64,000 bases of DNA from an uncultured Chthoniobacterales bacterium (GCA_964516295.1 CAZEYT010000004.1:3678-67677), one strand, 5' to 3'; shown: positions 44,721 through 56,862, counted from the stretch's first letter. Program-made: numbers and translations. The notes: generated by a model from the letters alone, not told the origin.

Positions 44721-44819
44721 CGGAAGTGCCAATAGGTCCCGGACAGAATAGACGCGGGGGGAAGTGCGTCGGAATTTCGCATTCCAAATTTCGAATTTCG
44801 CATTGTCTTCCGAAGCCGA

Positions 44820-44850
44820 GCTCTGTGCTCTCCGTGCCTCTGTGTTCAGA
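44820..44850 (-). repeat. short dispersed 'cacagag' intergenic repeat, copy 2 (inverted relative to copy 1)
   Basis: The reverse complement reads tctgaacacagagGcacGGagAGcacagagc. Compare with 36431-36460. Confidence 0.6.
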
Positions 44851-44957
44851 ATTTTCCTTCGACCGCTGTCTCTGTCGCGGAACCGCCGAGATTTCACTTG
44901 CGAACGCCTCCGGCGAATCCGATACATCCCCGATAGATCTTTGCGCCACTCGCCTGA

Positions 44958-47156
<2,199 letters not shown>

Positions 47157-47168
47157 CCGTCCCAACCC

Positions 47169-47190
47169 GGCGGCGTCAGCCGACGCCGCC
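47169..47190 (+). terminator. perfect 9-bp GC-rich hairpin just after the katG stop (no U-tract)
   Basis: ggcggcgtc-agcc-gacgccgcc begins 13 nt after the katG stop codon. Confidence 0.35.
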
Positions 47191-47390
47191 TGAATGGGAG
47201 AAATGGCTTGGAAGGAACAATCCCAAGCCAGTCCGGAAGAAGCGTCGTGCCTTAAAGGACGCGCTTACCGTCTCGAAACCGGGTGCGTTCTTTTTTTCGT
47301 GAGGTGACGCGAGAATGGACTTGCTTGGGAGCGCCTGGCCTGCTGTTTGGAAGCTTGCTGGCCACGAGCCGACTTTACTGAAATTCGAGC

Positions 47391-48887
47391 ATGAGACTTC
47401 TGAAGGTTGCACTGGTAACGTTACTGTTCTGCGGAGCGGTGGCTGGATTGGGTTATTCGCTTTTCACGAGCGGTCTTTTGGCGACTTTTTCTCCGCCGTT
47501 GGAGGAAGTTGCGACTCCTCCCCCGCCGCCAAGGGTTCCGAAAGCCACCCCGCGGCAGCTCGACATCGACGCACTTTACAGCCGCAACTCCACGCCGGCG
47601 CTATTGTCGGTCGAGGAAGCGGCGCTGGCGCAATATGGTGCCACCAATCCCACAACGGCGGCTTGGTACGAGAACGGCCGAAACGCCGTTCGGCTTTTCG
47701 TTCTCGAGTTGATCACCGGGGATTTTCATGGTGAGGGTCTGCTGCGGGAAGCGGACACTTATGCCGCGCTCGCCTATCAGACCGGATGCCGCGATCCGCT
47801 GGTGTCGGCTGTGTGTGATACGCTTTTCTACCAAAACCGCCACTCGCTCAAGCGCGACAACTTGGAAGGGCACTTGGGACGCGCAGATGCTCTCGATCAA
47901 AGCGATTACCCCGCTCTTCTCAAAGTTCCCGCCCTTGCAATCGCAGCGGTCAATCTTTCCAAGTTGGCGCGCCACCGTGACAAATGGAAGGACGACCTCA
48001 CCGAGTTCCTCCCCCGCCGGGCACAGTATCTCGACCGCGCATTGGCCGAGCTTGAAATCGCCGCCGCAGGAGGCATTCCGGAGAAGGTTACGGTCGAACA
48101 AATCAAGCGCCTGGTCGGATACTTTGATCGCGATTCTACCAACATGGATTCTCTCGGCGGACGACTGGAACCGTTCTTCACAAGGACCAATCTTCCACCC
48201 AACGCACGGGCGGCCGCCATGGGTGATTTTTTGACCGCCTGGGCATGGACGGCCCGAGGTGGCGGATGGGCAAAGGATGTCACTCCCGAGGGCTGGCACC
48301 TCATGAAGGAGCGGCTCGCGATGGGAGAAAAGATTCTGGAGAAAGCACGGGCGAATGACCCGCAAGACGTGCGGCTTCCGCTGGAACTCATGAGAGTGGA
48401 GTTGGGCCAGGGCGACGGAAAACTTCGACTCAACCAACTCTACGAGGATGCGCTGCGCATCGACCCGTCCAGCTACACCGCGCGATCTCGAAAAATGTAC
48501 TACCTCCAGCCACGGTGGTATGGCTCGCCGGACGAAGTCATTGCCTTTGGCCTCGAGTGCGCCGAGACAGGCGACTACGCAAACAAACTTCCGCTCATCT
48601 TGGAAGAAGGAATCTGGCTCATCGCGGATCAAGACGAGTCCGTCTTCAAGAATGAGAAAGTCTGGACACTGCTGAAGCCCATTTTTGACGAATACCTCCG
48701 GCAATTCCCCAACAGTGTCCGCACCCGGACTCGCTATCTGCAATGGGCGGTCTTCGGCGAGCATTGGGACGTGGCCCGCGAGCAGAAGGATCTTCTCGCC
48801 GGAAACTGGGATCGTTCCGAGCTGGATGAAGCCGACTATGCCGTGTTGGTGTCACGGATGCCCGGGGTTTCCGGAGTGGGCGATTAA
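47391..48887 (+). CDS. hypothetical membrane-anchored protein
   Basis: It has an N-terminal TM/signal anchor (MRLLKVALVTLLFCGAVAGLGYSLF). The body is helical-repeat-like, with YYLQPRWYGSPDE near the C-terminus. I could not assign a family confidently. Confidence 0.6.
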   Translation: MRLLKVALVTLLFCGAVAGLGYSLFTSGLLATFSPPLEEVATPPPPPRVPKATPRQLDIDALYSRNSTPALLSVEEAALAQYGATNPTTAAWYENGRNAVRLFVLELITGDFHGEGLLREADTYAALAYQTGCRDPLVSAVCDTLFYQNRHSLKRDNLEGHLGRADALDQSDYPALLKVPALAIAAVNLSKLARHRDKWKDDLTEFLPRRAQYLDRALAELEIAAAGGIPEKVTVEQIKRLVGYFDRDSTNMDSLGGRLEPFFTRTNLPPNARAAAMGDFLTAWAWTARGGGWAKDVTPEGWHLMKERLAMGEKILEKARANDPQDVRLPLELMRVELGQGDGKLRLNQLYEDALRIDPSSYTARSRKMYYLQPRWYGSPDEVIAFGLECAETGDYANKLPLILEEGIWLIADQDESVFKNEKVWTLLKPIFDEYLRQFPNSVRTRTRYLQWAVFGEHWDVAREQKDLLAGNWDRSELDEADYAVLVSRMPGVSGVGD

Positions 48888-49135
48888 ACGGTGACGGGGC
48901 GGGCCGGTGGAAGTCGGCGACTGACTTTTGGAAGATCGAGGAATGACTGCCGTGGAGAGAGTGACCGGATATCCGCGGTGAGTCTCCTCACGCGAATGTG
49001 GTGAAGACCCTGCCAAGAGCACCGAGTCCCCGCCAATCGTGCGACATCGGCCCCCTCCGGTCCTTGTGCCTCCCGGCGATCCCGACGCATTTCGTCTCGA
49101 TTCCGGGCGGGGGCGGATGATAGAGAGCGGACCAC

Positions 49136-51331
49136 ATGAGTCGTGAAAACTCCAAGGTGGGCACTCCGGTTGGTTCGTCGGAATCCGACCATTCGCGGCT
49201 GACCAAGCGGATCCTGCTCGGAGCGGCGTTGGGTATTTTTTGCGGCCTTTTCTTTGGAGAACTGGCGGCTGTGTTGGAGCCGATTGGCGGGGTTTATATC
49301 GCCTTGCTCCAGATGGTGGTCTTTCCGTTTTTGATCAGTTCGCTCCTTCACGGCCTCGGCAGCATGAATCCGGCGATGGCGCTGCGGCTTTTCCGGAAGG
49401 GGTGGCCGGTCTTCGCGATCCTTTGGGGTGGCACTCTCCTGCTTCTGTGGCTTGGCTCGCTCGCGATTCCCGGGGCTCGCCCTCCCTTGGTGATCACACC
49501 CGGGGCGACGGAAGATTTTTCCCGTGTCGTTTCGCTCCTCGTCCCGGCCAATCCCTTTGTCGACCTGACGCGGAACTACGTCCCGGCCGTCGTGGTGTTC
49601 TGCGTCATTTACGGCATCGCCATTCAATCCCAGAGGGGAAAAGAAACGGTGCTGAGTCTCTTTGAGGTCATCAAAAAAGCGTCGATCACGATCTGGGGCT
49701 GGGTCATCAAAATCGCACCCGTCGGCGTCTTTGCCTTGTTTGCCGATCTGGCCGGGACCCTGCGATTTGATCTTCTGGGGAGTCTCTTTTTGTATCTTGT
49801 TCTGTTCTTCGGTCTGGGCTTGATCCTCGCCCTTTGGGTGCTGCCGGCGTTGCTGGCCTCGTTTATCCCCGTCAGCCGTCGTGAGATCGTCGGCGAACTT
49901 CGGACGGCGCTGATCATGTCCGTGGCGACCTCGCTGCCAATCACGGCCGTGCCATTTATCCTTCAACTGTCGGAGCGCCTGGTGACAGAGATCGGCGGGA
50001 AGGAAAAAGACGAGGACGCAGTTGTCTCGACGACGCTTGCAGTTGGCTATCCGATCGCCCAGGCGGGAAATCTCTTTGTGTTTCTGTTCATGGCGTTCGC
50101 CATCTTTTATTTCCAAGCGGCCCAAGGAGCGGCCGAATGGATCGCGCTGCCGGTTTTGACGCTTCTCTCGACCGTCGGAACCCCGGTTTCCACCGTCGAT
50201 GCCGTGGAGTTTCTCTCCCAATGGCTGCATCTGCCGACGGAGGCGGGTCTGCTTTACGTGGAGATGATGACCATCACGCGTTATCCGCAGGTGTTGGTAT
50301 CGGCCATGGGGATTGCGTTTGTGACGATTCTCACGCCCTTTGCCTATTACGGTCTGGTGCGGTTCCGCCCGGGGCTTTTTCTTCGCTTCGCGGTCGTTTC
50401 CACGGTGGCCGTTGCGGCGCTTGTCGGTGCCGGTTGGCTGGTGGGAAAAGATGTTTCCCGAAAGACCGCGGACCCGTATCGGAATTTCACGCTGGACCCC
50501 GCCTTGGTCGCCGATGCCCAAGCCACGATCCACCGTGCCCCCGTCGCGCCCGGGGCATCGGGACTTCTTGGTCTCGACCGGATTCGCGCCTCCGGCACGC
50601 TCCGGGTCGGCTACGCTCCACACGTCATCCCGTTCAGCTATTTCAATGCCAAAGGCGACCTCGTGGGTTACGACATTTCTTTTGCGTATGCCCTCGCGCG
50701 GGACCTGAATGTCGATCTCGAGTTCGTGCCATTCTCCGATTGGTCGAGGCTCGACGACGACCTGGTTGCCGGACGCTATGATCTCGCCCTGGGAGGGATT
50801 TTTGTAACAGCGGAGCGTCTCCGACAGACGACGGTTTCCAAGCCCTACCTCCAGAGCCGCCCGGCGCTGATTGTGCGGGAGGATCAGGTTTCCCGCTTCC
50901 TCGATGGCAAAGCCCTGCGCGAGGCGCGTGGTCTTCGGATTGCTGCGTTTTCGAGCGATATTCTTGTTCCGCTTGCGAAAACACTCTTTCCCCACGCGGA
51001 AGTGGTCGTCGTCGCCGACTACGAGGCGCTCCTCACGGATCCCACCATCGATGCCGCGCTGTGGACGCTCGATCAAGCCCGGGCATGGGCGGCGTCCCAC
51101 CCCGGCTTTTCGGCCGTAGTGCCCTCCGATTTCGGCACGCCATTCCTCATGGCCTATCTTCTGCCCCCGGACTCGCGGGAATTTGCGGTCCTGATCGATC
51201 AGTGGCTCACGCTTCAATCCACCAACGGTTTTGAGGAAGAAATGAAGTCTTACTGGCTCCAAGCCAAGCCACGCACGCCCGTCGCTCCGCGATGGAGCAT
51301 TCTTCGCAATGTTTTGAAGTGGAACCCCTGA
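49136..51331 (+). CDS. dicarboxylate/amino acid:cation symporter (DAACS) fused to a periplasmic family-3 solute-binding domain
   Basis: The N-terminal ~430 aa have DAACS features (LQMVVFPFLISSL..., multiple TM segments and hairpins). An extra TM (FLRFAVVSTVAVAALVGAGWLVG) follows. The C-terminal ~250 aa are SBP_bac_3-like (LRVGYAPHVIPFSYFNAKGDLVGYDISFAYALARDL...). Confidence 0.8.
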   Translation: MSRENSKVGTPVGSSESDHSRLTKRILLGAALGIFCGLFFGELAAVLEPIGGVYIALLQMVVFPFLISSLLHGLGSMNPAMALRLFRKGWPVFAILWGGTLLLLWLGSLAIPGARPPLVITPGATEDFSRVVSLLVPANPFVDLTRNYVPAVVVFCVIYGIAIQSQRGKETVLSLFEVIKKASITIWGWVIKIAPVGVFALFADLAGTLRFDLLGSLFLYLVLFFGLGLILALWVLPALLASFIPVSRREIVGELRTALIMSVATSLPITAVPFILQLSERLVTEIGGKEKDEDAVVSTTLAVGYPIAQAGNLFVFLFMAFAIFYFQAAQGAAEWIALPVLTLLSTVGTPVSTVDAVEFLSQWLHLPTEAGLLYVEMMTITRYPQVLVSAMGIAFVTILTPFAYYGLVRFRPGLFLRFAVVSTVAVAALVGAGWLVGKDVSRKTADPYRNFTLDPALVADAQATIHRAPVAPGASGLLGLDRIRASGTLRVGYAPHVIPFSYFNAKGDLVGYDISFAYALARDLNVDLEFVPFSDWSRLDDDLVAGRYDLALGGIFVTAERLRQTTVSKPYLQSRPALIVREDQVSRFLDGKALREARGLRIAAFSSDILVPLAKTLFPHAEVVVVADYEALLTDPTIDAALWTLDQARAWAASHPGFSAVVPSDFGTPFLMAYLLPPDSREFAVLIDQWLTLQSTNGFEEEMKSYWLQAKPRTPVAPRWSILRNVLKWNP

Positions 51332-51359
51332 GGGCCATGACAGCGCGGTTCCGGCAGGC

Positions 51360-52166
51360 TCAACCCGGCCGGGCGCGTTTGCGCCACTCTCCGGGACTTT
51401 CTCCGGTCTCCTCACGAAACGCACGGCAGAGCGAAGCCGCCGAGGCGAAACCACTGAGCGTCGCAATCCGATCCAAAGGAAACCCGCTCTGACCTAGGAG
51501 GGCGCGTGCGTTCCTCAACCGCGCGTCCCGAAGCAGGCGGCCGGGTGACTCTCCGAAGCGCTCCACAAACAACCGGGTAAAATGTTCCCGGCTGTAGCCA
51601 AACCGTTCGGCGATTTCCTTCACCCCGGCCCCACCGCCGGGGTGATGCATCAAAAAGGCCCGGGCCTGCTCCAACCGCGCTCCGGTCTCCGACACCAGTT
51701 CCCCCGCCTCGCGGGCCAGTAACATCACAAACTGGTAGACGACCGATCCCGCCTCCCACGGATCGCGAAACGTCCGTTCCTGAAAGCGACGTCCCATCCG
51801 CCGGAGAACAACGGCGGCAGATGATCCGGTGCCGAGGTGCAGCACACTCCCGTGGACTTGCCGCAGTTCGGCCCAGAACGACTCCAGTCCGCGGAAATTG
51901 GCCCAGCTGAAAACCCATTCGCCGCGCCCGTCGGCCGGATACCAATATCTGCTCCGGTCCGGGCGTGCGAAAAGCATGAGGTCTCCCGCTGCCACGCGGT
52001 GCGTGACGTCGCCATCTTCCTGAAAGCACCCTTCCCCGGACCACACAAATTGCACAATCTGATGCGCATTGGCCGAATCGCCCAGCCGGTTGTCCCAATG
52101 GTAGGAAGCATCGCGAACCGACTCGCGTTCGACCGCGTATTGCAGGGAGACGGGTGGGCGGAGCAT
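51360..52166 (-). CDS. AraC-family transcriptional regulator
   Basis: It has an N-terminal cupin-like sensing domain. The C-terminal double HTH is VKEIAERFGYSREHFTRLFVERFGESPGRLL...IATLSGFASAASLCRAFREETGESP. It is divergent from the GH4 gene. Confidence 0.85.
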   Translation of the reverse strand: MLRPPVSLQYAVERESVRDASYHWDNRLGDSANAHQIVQFVWSGEGCFQEDGDVTHRVAAGDLMLFARPDRSRYWYPADGRGEWVFSWANFRGLESFWAELRQVHGSVLHLGTGSSAAVVLRRMGRRFQERTFRDPWEAGSVVYQFVMLLAREAGELVSETGARLEQARAFLMHHPGGGAGVKEIAERFGYSREHFTRLFVERFGESPGRLLRDARLRNARALLGQSGFPLDRIATLSGFASAASLCRAFREETGESPGEWRKRARPG

Positions 52167-52245
52167 GCCGATACATCACAAATTGGTAACATCTTGTCAC
52201 GTCTGGAAAATTGCCGGTGGAGACCTTGTGGGGCACGATGCGCGC

Positions 52246-53664
52246 ATGAGCAAAGAATCCAAAGGTCACAGCGAACATACCCAGGCGGCCGATTCGGCGA
52301 TGGGTCTCCCCGGCACCTTCGACCGTCCGATCAAGGTCACATTTCTCGGAGCCGGCAGCGGGTTCACGCCCCGGGTCGTAAATGACATCCTGCTGACCGC
52401 CGGGCATCGCGGCGGCACCATCGCTTTGGTGGACATTGATCGCAGCCGCCTGACAACAATGAGGAAGCTCATCGAAAAGCTGGTCGCTTTATGTGGCGGA
52501 TCCTGGACAGTGGCGGCATCGACCGAGCGGCGCGATGTGATGGCCGGGTCCGACTACATCGTGAATTGCGTGGAGGTGAGCGGCACGGCGTGCGTGCGCT
52601 TTGACAACGACATTCCGGCCAAATACGGGGTGGACCAATGCATTGGCGACACGATGGGGCCGGGCGGTTTGTTCAAAGGACTCCGCACCGTTCCGGTGTG
52701 GTTGCAGATTCTTCGCGACGCCGAGGAACTCTGCCCCGAGGTCATCGTCCTGAATTACACCAATCCCATGAGCATGCTGTGTCTGGCCGCAGGCCGCACA
52801 AGTCCGATTCGGGTGGTTGGCCTCTGCCATTCCGTTCAGGGCACCAGCCACCTTCTGGCCGAGCGGGCCGGGGTGGAGTATGCCGAACTCGACTGGGCCT
52901 GCGCGGGCATCAACCACCTCGCCTGGTTCACCAAACTCGAACACCGCGGCGACGATCTTTACCCGAAACTTTTCCGCCTCGCCGAGCAGGATCTCGCCGG
53001 AAAACCATCGAACGACAAAGACAAAGCCGATCTCGTGCGCAAGGCGATGATGCTCCACTTCGGAGCGTTCATCACGGAATCCAGCGGCCACCTCTCCGAG
53101 TGTCTTCCTTGGTTCCGGAAGCGGAAAGACCTTCTGAAAAAATACGCCCGCAGTCGCTACGATGGCGAGTCATCGTTCTACGCCAACAACTGGCCTGAAT
53201 GGCGCGCCAATGCAGATCGCGAGCGCCTCGACTTGGTCGCCGGACGAAAGCCGCTCGATTGGCCGCGCAGCTGGGAATATGCCAGTTGGATCATCGAAGC
53301 GCGGGAAAAAAATTCCCCGTTCCGCTTTCACGGAAATGTCATGAACCAAGTCAACGGAGGTGGTTCGCTCATCACAAACCTCATCGCCGACGGCTGTGTG
53401 GAGGTCGCCTGCCTTGTGGATCGCAACGGCATTCAACCCACGCGCTATGGAGCATTGCCTCCGCAGATGGCCGCCGTGTGCGAGAGCAACATGCGGTTTT
53501 TCGACCTTGCCGCCGACGCCGCGATTCATCGAAGCATCGAAACCGCCATCCACGCGCTCAGCCTCGATCCCCTCACCTCGGCGGTTTGCGGACTTGCCGA
53601 GATTCGCGATATGACGCTCGAAATGTTCCGGGCCGAGCGGAAATTTCTCCCGGGGTTCAAATAG
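52246..53664 (+). CDS. glycoside hydrolase family 4 alpha-galactosidase/alpha-glucosidase (MelA-like)
   Basis: The NAD-binding start is KVTFLGAGSGFTPR. Further motifs are GDTMGPGGLFKGLRT, LNYTNPM and GLCHSVQG. The start was placed at the ATG at 52246. Confidence 0.85.
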   Translation: MSKESKGHSEHTQAADSAMGLPGTFDRPIKVTFLGAGSGFTPRVVNDILLTAGHRGGTIALVDIDRSRLTTMRKLIEKLVALCGGSWTVAASTERRDVMAGSDYIVNCVEVSGTACVRFDNDIPAKYGVDQCIGDTMGPGGLFKGLRTVPVWLQILRDAEELCPEVIVLNYTNPMSMLCLAAGRTSPIRVVGLCHSVQGTSHLLAERAGVEYAELDWACAGINHLAWFTKLEHRGDDLYPKLFRLAEQDLAGKPSNDKDKADLVRKAMMLHFGAFITESSGHLSECLPWFRKRKDLLKKYARSRYDGESSFYANNWPEWRANADRERLDLVAGRKPLDWPRSWEYASWIIEAREKNSPFRFHGNVMNQVNGGGSLITNLIADGCVEVACLVDRNGIQPTRYGALPPQMAAVCESNMRFFDLAADAAIHRSIETAIHALSLDPLTSAVCGLAEIRDMTLEMFRAERKFLPGFK

Positions 53665-53676
53665 GACGCCCCGACG

Positions 53677-54456
53677 TCACGTCACCATGCGAAACCATCC
53701 CCCGCTTCGGCGGAGTCGGAAGGGCTCGCCAAAGATGCGCGACACCTCCGCTCCGGTGAGCACGCGGGCTTTGGGACCGTTGGTCAGAACACGTCCCCCG
53801 CGCAAGGCGAGCACATGGGAAAAAGAAGGCGGAATCTCCTCGACGTGATGGGTGACCAACACCATCGACGGACCTTTTGCCGACGCGCCGAACGTCTCCA
53901 GATCGTGGAGAAAACGACGGCGCGCCACCGGATCGAGCCCGGCACACGGTTCGTCGAGAATGAGAACGGCCGGTCCGGGCATCAGCGCCCGTGCGATGAG
54001 CACGCGCTGGCGTTCGCCTTGGGAAAGATAAAGCCAGGGTCGTGAGGCGAGCGCTCCGCTCCGCAAATGGCGGAGAAGTCCGAGCGCCCGTCGTTGATCG
54101 GCCGCAGGCGGCGTTTGCCAAATCCCGATTTCGGCCTGGCGGCCGCCCGCAACAATCTCCAGCGCGGTATCTTCCGGCGGAATCATCTGAGCGATGCTGC
54201 TGCTGACGAGTCCGATGCGTTTGCGGAGCTCGCGCCAATCGCTGGCACCGTATTCCTCGCCGAGGACACGAACGGTGCCGCGGGTCGGCGTGAGATAGCC
54301 CGTTATCGCGCGGAGGAGCGACGTTTTTCCCGATCCGTTCGCACCCAGAACCACCCAGTGGTCGCCCGCTTCGACACGCCAGTTTACGCGGCAGAGGATG
54401 GTTTGGTCCCCGCGCTCGACCGAGAGGTTTTCGACGGAAATGGCCGGCTCGGACAT
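53677..54456 (-). CDS. orphan ABC-type ATPase (no permease nearby; YlmA/ModF-like)
   Basis: Walker A is GANGSGKTS, the signature-like motif is LSQGERQRV, Walker B is LILDEPCAGLD and the H-loop is VTHH. The ATG overlaps the upstream stop (TGATG). Confidence 0.8.
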   Translation of the reverse strand: MSEPAISVENLSVERGDQTILCRVNWRVEAGDHWVVLGANGSGKTSLLRAITGYLTPTRGTVRVLGEEYGASDWRELRKRIGLVSSSIAQMIPPEDTALEIVAGGRQAEIGIWQTPPAADQRRALGLLRHLRSGALASRPWLYLSQGERQRVLIARALMPGPAVLILDEPCAGLDPVARRRFLHDLETFGASAKGPSMVLVTHHVEEIPPSFSHVLALRGGRVLTNGPKARVLTGAEVSRIFGEPFRLRRSGGWFRMVT

Positions 54457-56780
54457 CAGACCCAGCCGAGTGCGACGAGACGCACTTCGATGCCGCCCCG
54501 CGCGGGTTTGAGGGCGACCGTCTCGATGACCGGTTCGGCATAGCGAGCCGCCAGCCCGGCGGTTTCCGCCTGAAAATCCGTTTCGAGGCGGGCCTGATCG
54601 GCGCGCACGCTTTCGACCGTGTCTTCGGCCGTGCCGACATCCGAGCCCTCGCGCATGGCACGACTGACCCCGCGCGCCGCCGTTCCCGCCCGCTGCATGG
54701 TCGCCGCGCTGATCGCTTTTCTCCCGAGGAACGCACCAAGAATCGAGGTGCCAACCGAAATCGCTGTTTGGAATGTCGCATGGCGTGCCTGTTGTTTCTG
54801 CTTCTCCAGCGCAGCCTGCGCACGGGCGAGGCGGGCCTCGAGAGCAGAGAACCGGGGCGCGAGCTTTCGACGCAGCGCCTCCACCTTGGCATCGCGCTCC
54901 TCGCGAAGCGCCATGGAACATCGGGACTGAAACTCGGCGAGGGATTCCCCGGATTTCGAAACCATCCGCACCGCCTCACACCGGAAGACCTCGAAACGCT
55001 CGCGGTCCGACAGCGCGCGGGCGAAGATCTTGGCCCAGGTCGCATACGCCTTGGGATCCGTTGCCGACGACGGCAGGGCCGCAAACTCCGCATCGGGAGC
55101 GGGTTCGGCGGACAGCGCATCCCACGCGACATCGAGCGTCTCCGCGGCAGCCCAGTCCACGGGCTCGATACCGGTCGGGAAACGTGCGGCGAGGAGCACC
55201 TCGCGCGTTTCGTCGATTCCCGCCTTGGAATCGGAAAAACGAACCGTCGCCGCTCCAATCAACCGCGGCTCAAGAACCGCCGGCGATTTCAGAAAAACCT
55301 GCCGGATGCCGGGCGGGAGAGCCGGAGGGCGCGATGATGCCGTGGTCGATGGCTCCGGAAGCCCGGCGGGAACCGGCGCGACCGGCGGTTCGTTTTTCCC
55401 CACGTGCATGAGCTGGCGGATTTGCTCCCGGGTCAGCGGTCCGCGCAAGTAGCTCATCACCCATCGGGATTCAAACAACACCGGCTCCCCGGCGTGGACA
55501 TTGTGCAGGAGGAACTTCCGGCTCCCCAATGCGGCCAGCTTGGACTCCAGCGCCGCTTTCTCCACTCCGCCCCCCGTTCCAAGGAGTCCCTCGATCACCC
55601 GGGCTTTGTCGCGGTCCGTTTGCAGGCGTCCGATGAACCATGTGCCGGTGTTTGCGAGTCCCTTGTAATCCAGATCGACCGGATTTTGCGTAGCCAGAAC
55701 CACCCCGACCCCAAACGCACGGGCCTGCTTGAGCAACGTCAGAAGTGGAAGTTTCGACGGCGGATTCGAGACCGGCGGAAAGTATCCGAAAATCTCGTCC
55801 ATATAAACAATCGCCCGCAGGCTCGTCGTTCCGCTCTGCCGCCGCATCCAGCCGACGATTTCGTTAAGGAGGAGCGAGACGAAAAACATCCGCTGGGTGT
55901 CGTCGAGGTGGGCGATGGAGAAAATCGCGTGGCGGGGCCGTCCGTCGGCTGCTCGAAGGAAGTTGGCGATGTCCAGTCGCTCGCCGGTCTGCCACATCGC
56001 GAAGCCGGGAGAAGCGAGAAGGGTGTTCAGCGCGAGAACGAGCGAAAACCGGTCTTTTGCCGGATAGAATGCTTCAAGATCCAGAACGCCGATTTTTTCA
56101 AAGGGCGGGCTCTGGATCTTGGCGACCAGTCCGGCGAAGTCCAGAGAACGACCGGCCCGCCACTCGGCGAGAAGAATGGCCGACAAAAGGGCCCCCTCGC
56201 GGCTGTTCGACGGATCGGCGTTCGAGCCAAGCAGTCCGAGCAATCCGGCCACGGCCGTGAGCGCCATCCCGGACAGCGATTCTTCATCGGCGCCCGCGGG
56301 AGCATGCCAGGCGTCCAGAAGATTCACCGGAATGCCGGCCGAGCTGCCGGGGGTGAAAACGGCAAAGTCCGCGCGCTTCCGGAGTTCCCGAATTCGCTCC
56401 CCGCTCTGTCCCCAGCCCGCGAGTCCGTTTTTCCATGTTTCGGCCTGTTTTTCCGCCCACGCGTCGGGCTCGATCCCCTTCCGCCGGGCGTCGTCCTCGA
56501 TGATCCACGGTCGAAAATCCTCCCCGCGCAGATCGGGAAACGTGAGCAGCAGATTCCCGAGATCGCCTTTGGGATCGATGATGATCGCCGGCACGCCATC
56601 CATGGCCGCCTCCTCCAAAAGCGCGAGACAAAGCCCGGTCTTTCCACTCCCGGTCATGCCAACGCAGACGGCGTGAGTGACGAGATCCCGCGAATCGTAG
56701 AGCACGGGCTCGGCATCATCGACGGTGCGACCAAGATAAAAGCTGCCCAATTTTTCAAAAACGGAGGGATCGGGTGGCAT
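54456..56780 (-). CDS. HerA/DUF87-DUF853-like P-loop ATPase with a long C-terminal helical region
   Basis: HAVCVGMTGSGKTGLCLALLEEAAMDGVPAIIIDPKGDLGNL is a HerA/YjgR-like Walker A neighbourhood. The Walker B-like motif is AIVYMDEIFGY. The start was placed at the ATG at 56780 (MPPDPSVF). Confidence 0.7.
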   Translation of the reverse strand: MPPDPSVFEKLGSFYLGRTVDDAEPVLYDSRDLVTHAVCVGMTGSGKTGLCLALLEEAAMDGVPAIIIDPKGDLGNLLLTFPDLRGEDFRPWIIEDDARRKGIEPDAWAEKQAETWKNGLAGWGQSGERIRELRKRADFAVFTPGSSAGIPVNLLDAWHAPAGADEESLSGMALTAVAGLLGLLGSNADPSNSREGALLSAILLAEWRAGRSLDFAGLVAKIQSPPFEKIGVLDLEAFYPAKDRFSLVLALNTLLASPGFAMWQTGERLDIANFLRAADGRPRHAIFSIAHLDDTQRMFFVSLLLNEIVGWMRRQSGTTSLRAIVYMDEIFGYFPPVSNPPSKLPLLTLLKQARAFGVGVVLATQNPVDLDYKGLANTGTWFIGRLQTDRDKARVIEGLLGTGGGVEKAALESKLAALGSRKFLLHNVHAGEPVLFESRWVMSYLRGPLTREQIRQLMHVGKNEPPVAPVPAGLPEPSTTASSRPPALPPGIRQVFLKSPAVLEPRLIGAATVRFSDSKAGIDETREVLLAARFPTGIEPVDWAAAETLDVAWDALSAEPAPDAEFAALPSSATDPKAYATWAKIFARALSDRERFEVFRCEAVRMVSKSGESLAEFQSRCSMALREERDAKVEALRRKLAPRFSALEARLARAQAALEKQKQQARHATFQTAISVGTSILGAFLGRKAISAATMQRAGTAARGVSRAMREGSDVGTAEDTVESVRADQARLETDFQAETAGLAARYAEPVIETVALKPARGGIEVRLVALGWV

Positions 56781-56862
56781 GGGCGTAAATTTGCCGGGAA
56801 TGACCCCGTCCCGCCAGTCGAATGTGCTTGAAGTTCTTCGCGGCGTGCGAATCTTCATTCGC

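Noticed and set aside
44295-44735. An ORF ending in a zinc-ribbon-like tail (SVCAKCGIALSTKEINYCRFNFARMGRRYLCRKCQ*) that overlaps the hsdS fragment.
   Set aside because: The CxxC...CxxC spacing is suggestive, but the upstream part of the frame is low-complexity and overlaps other relic frames. I cannot tell whether it is a real small protein, a relic of another gene, or chance.
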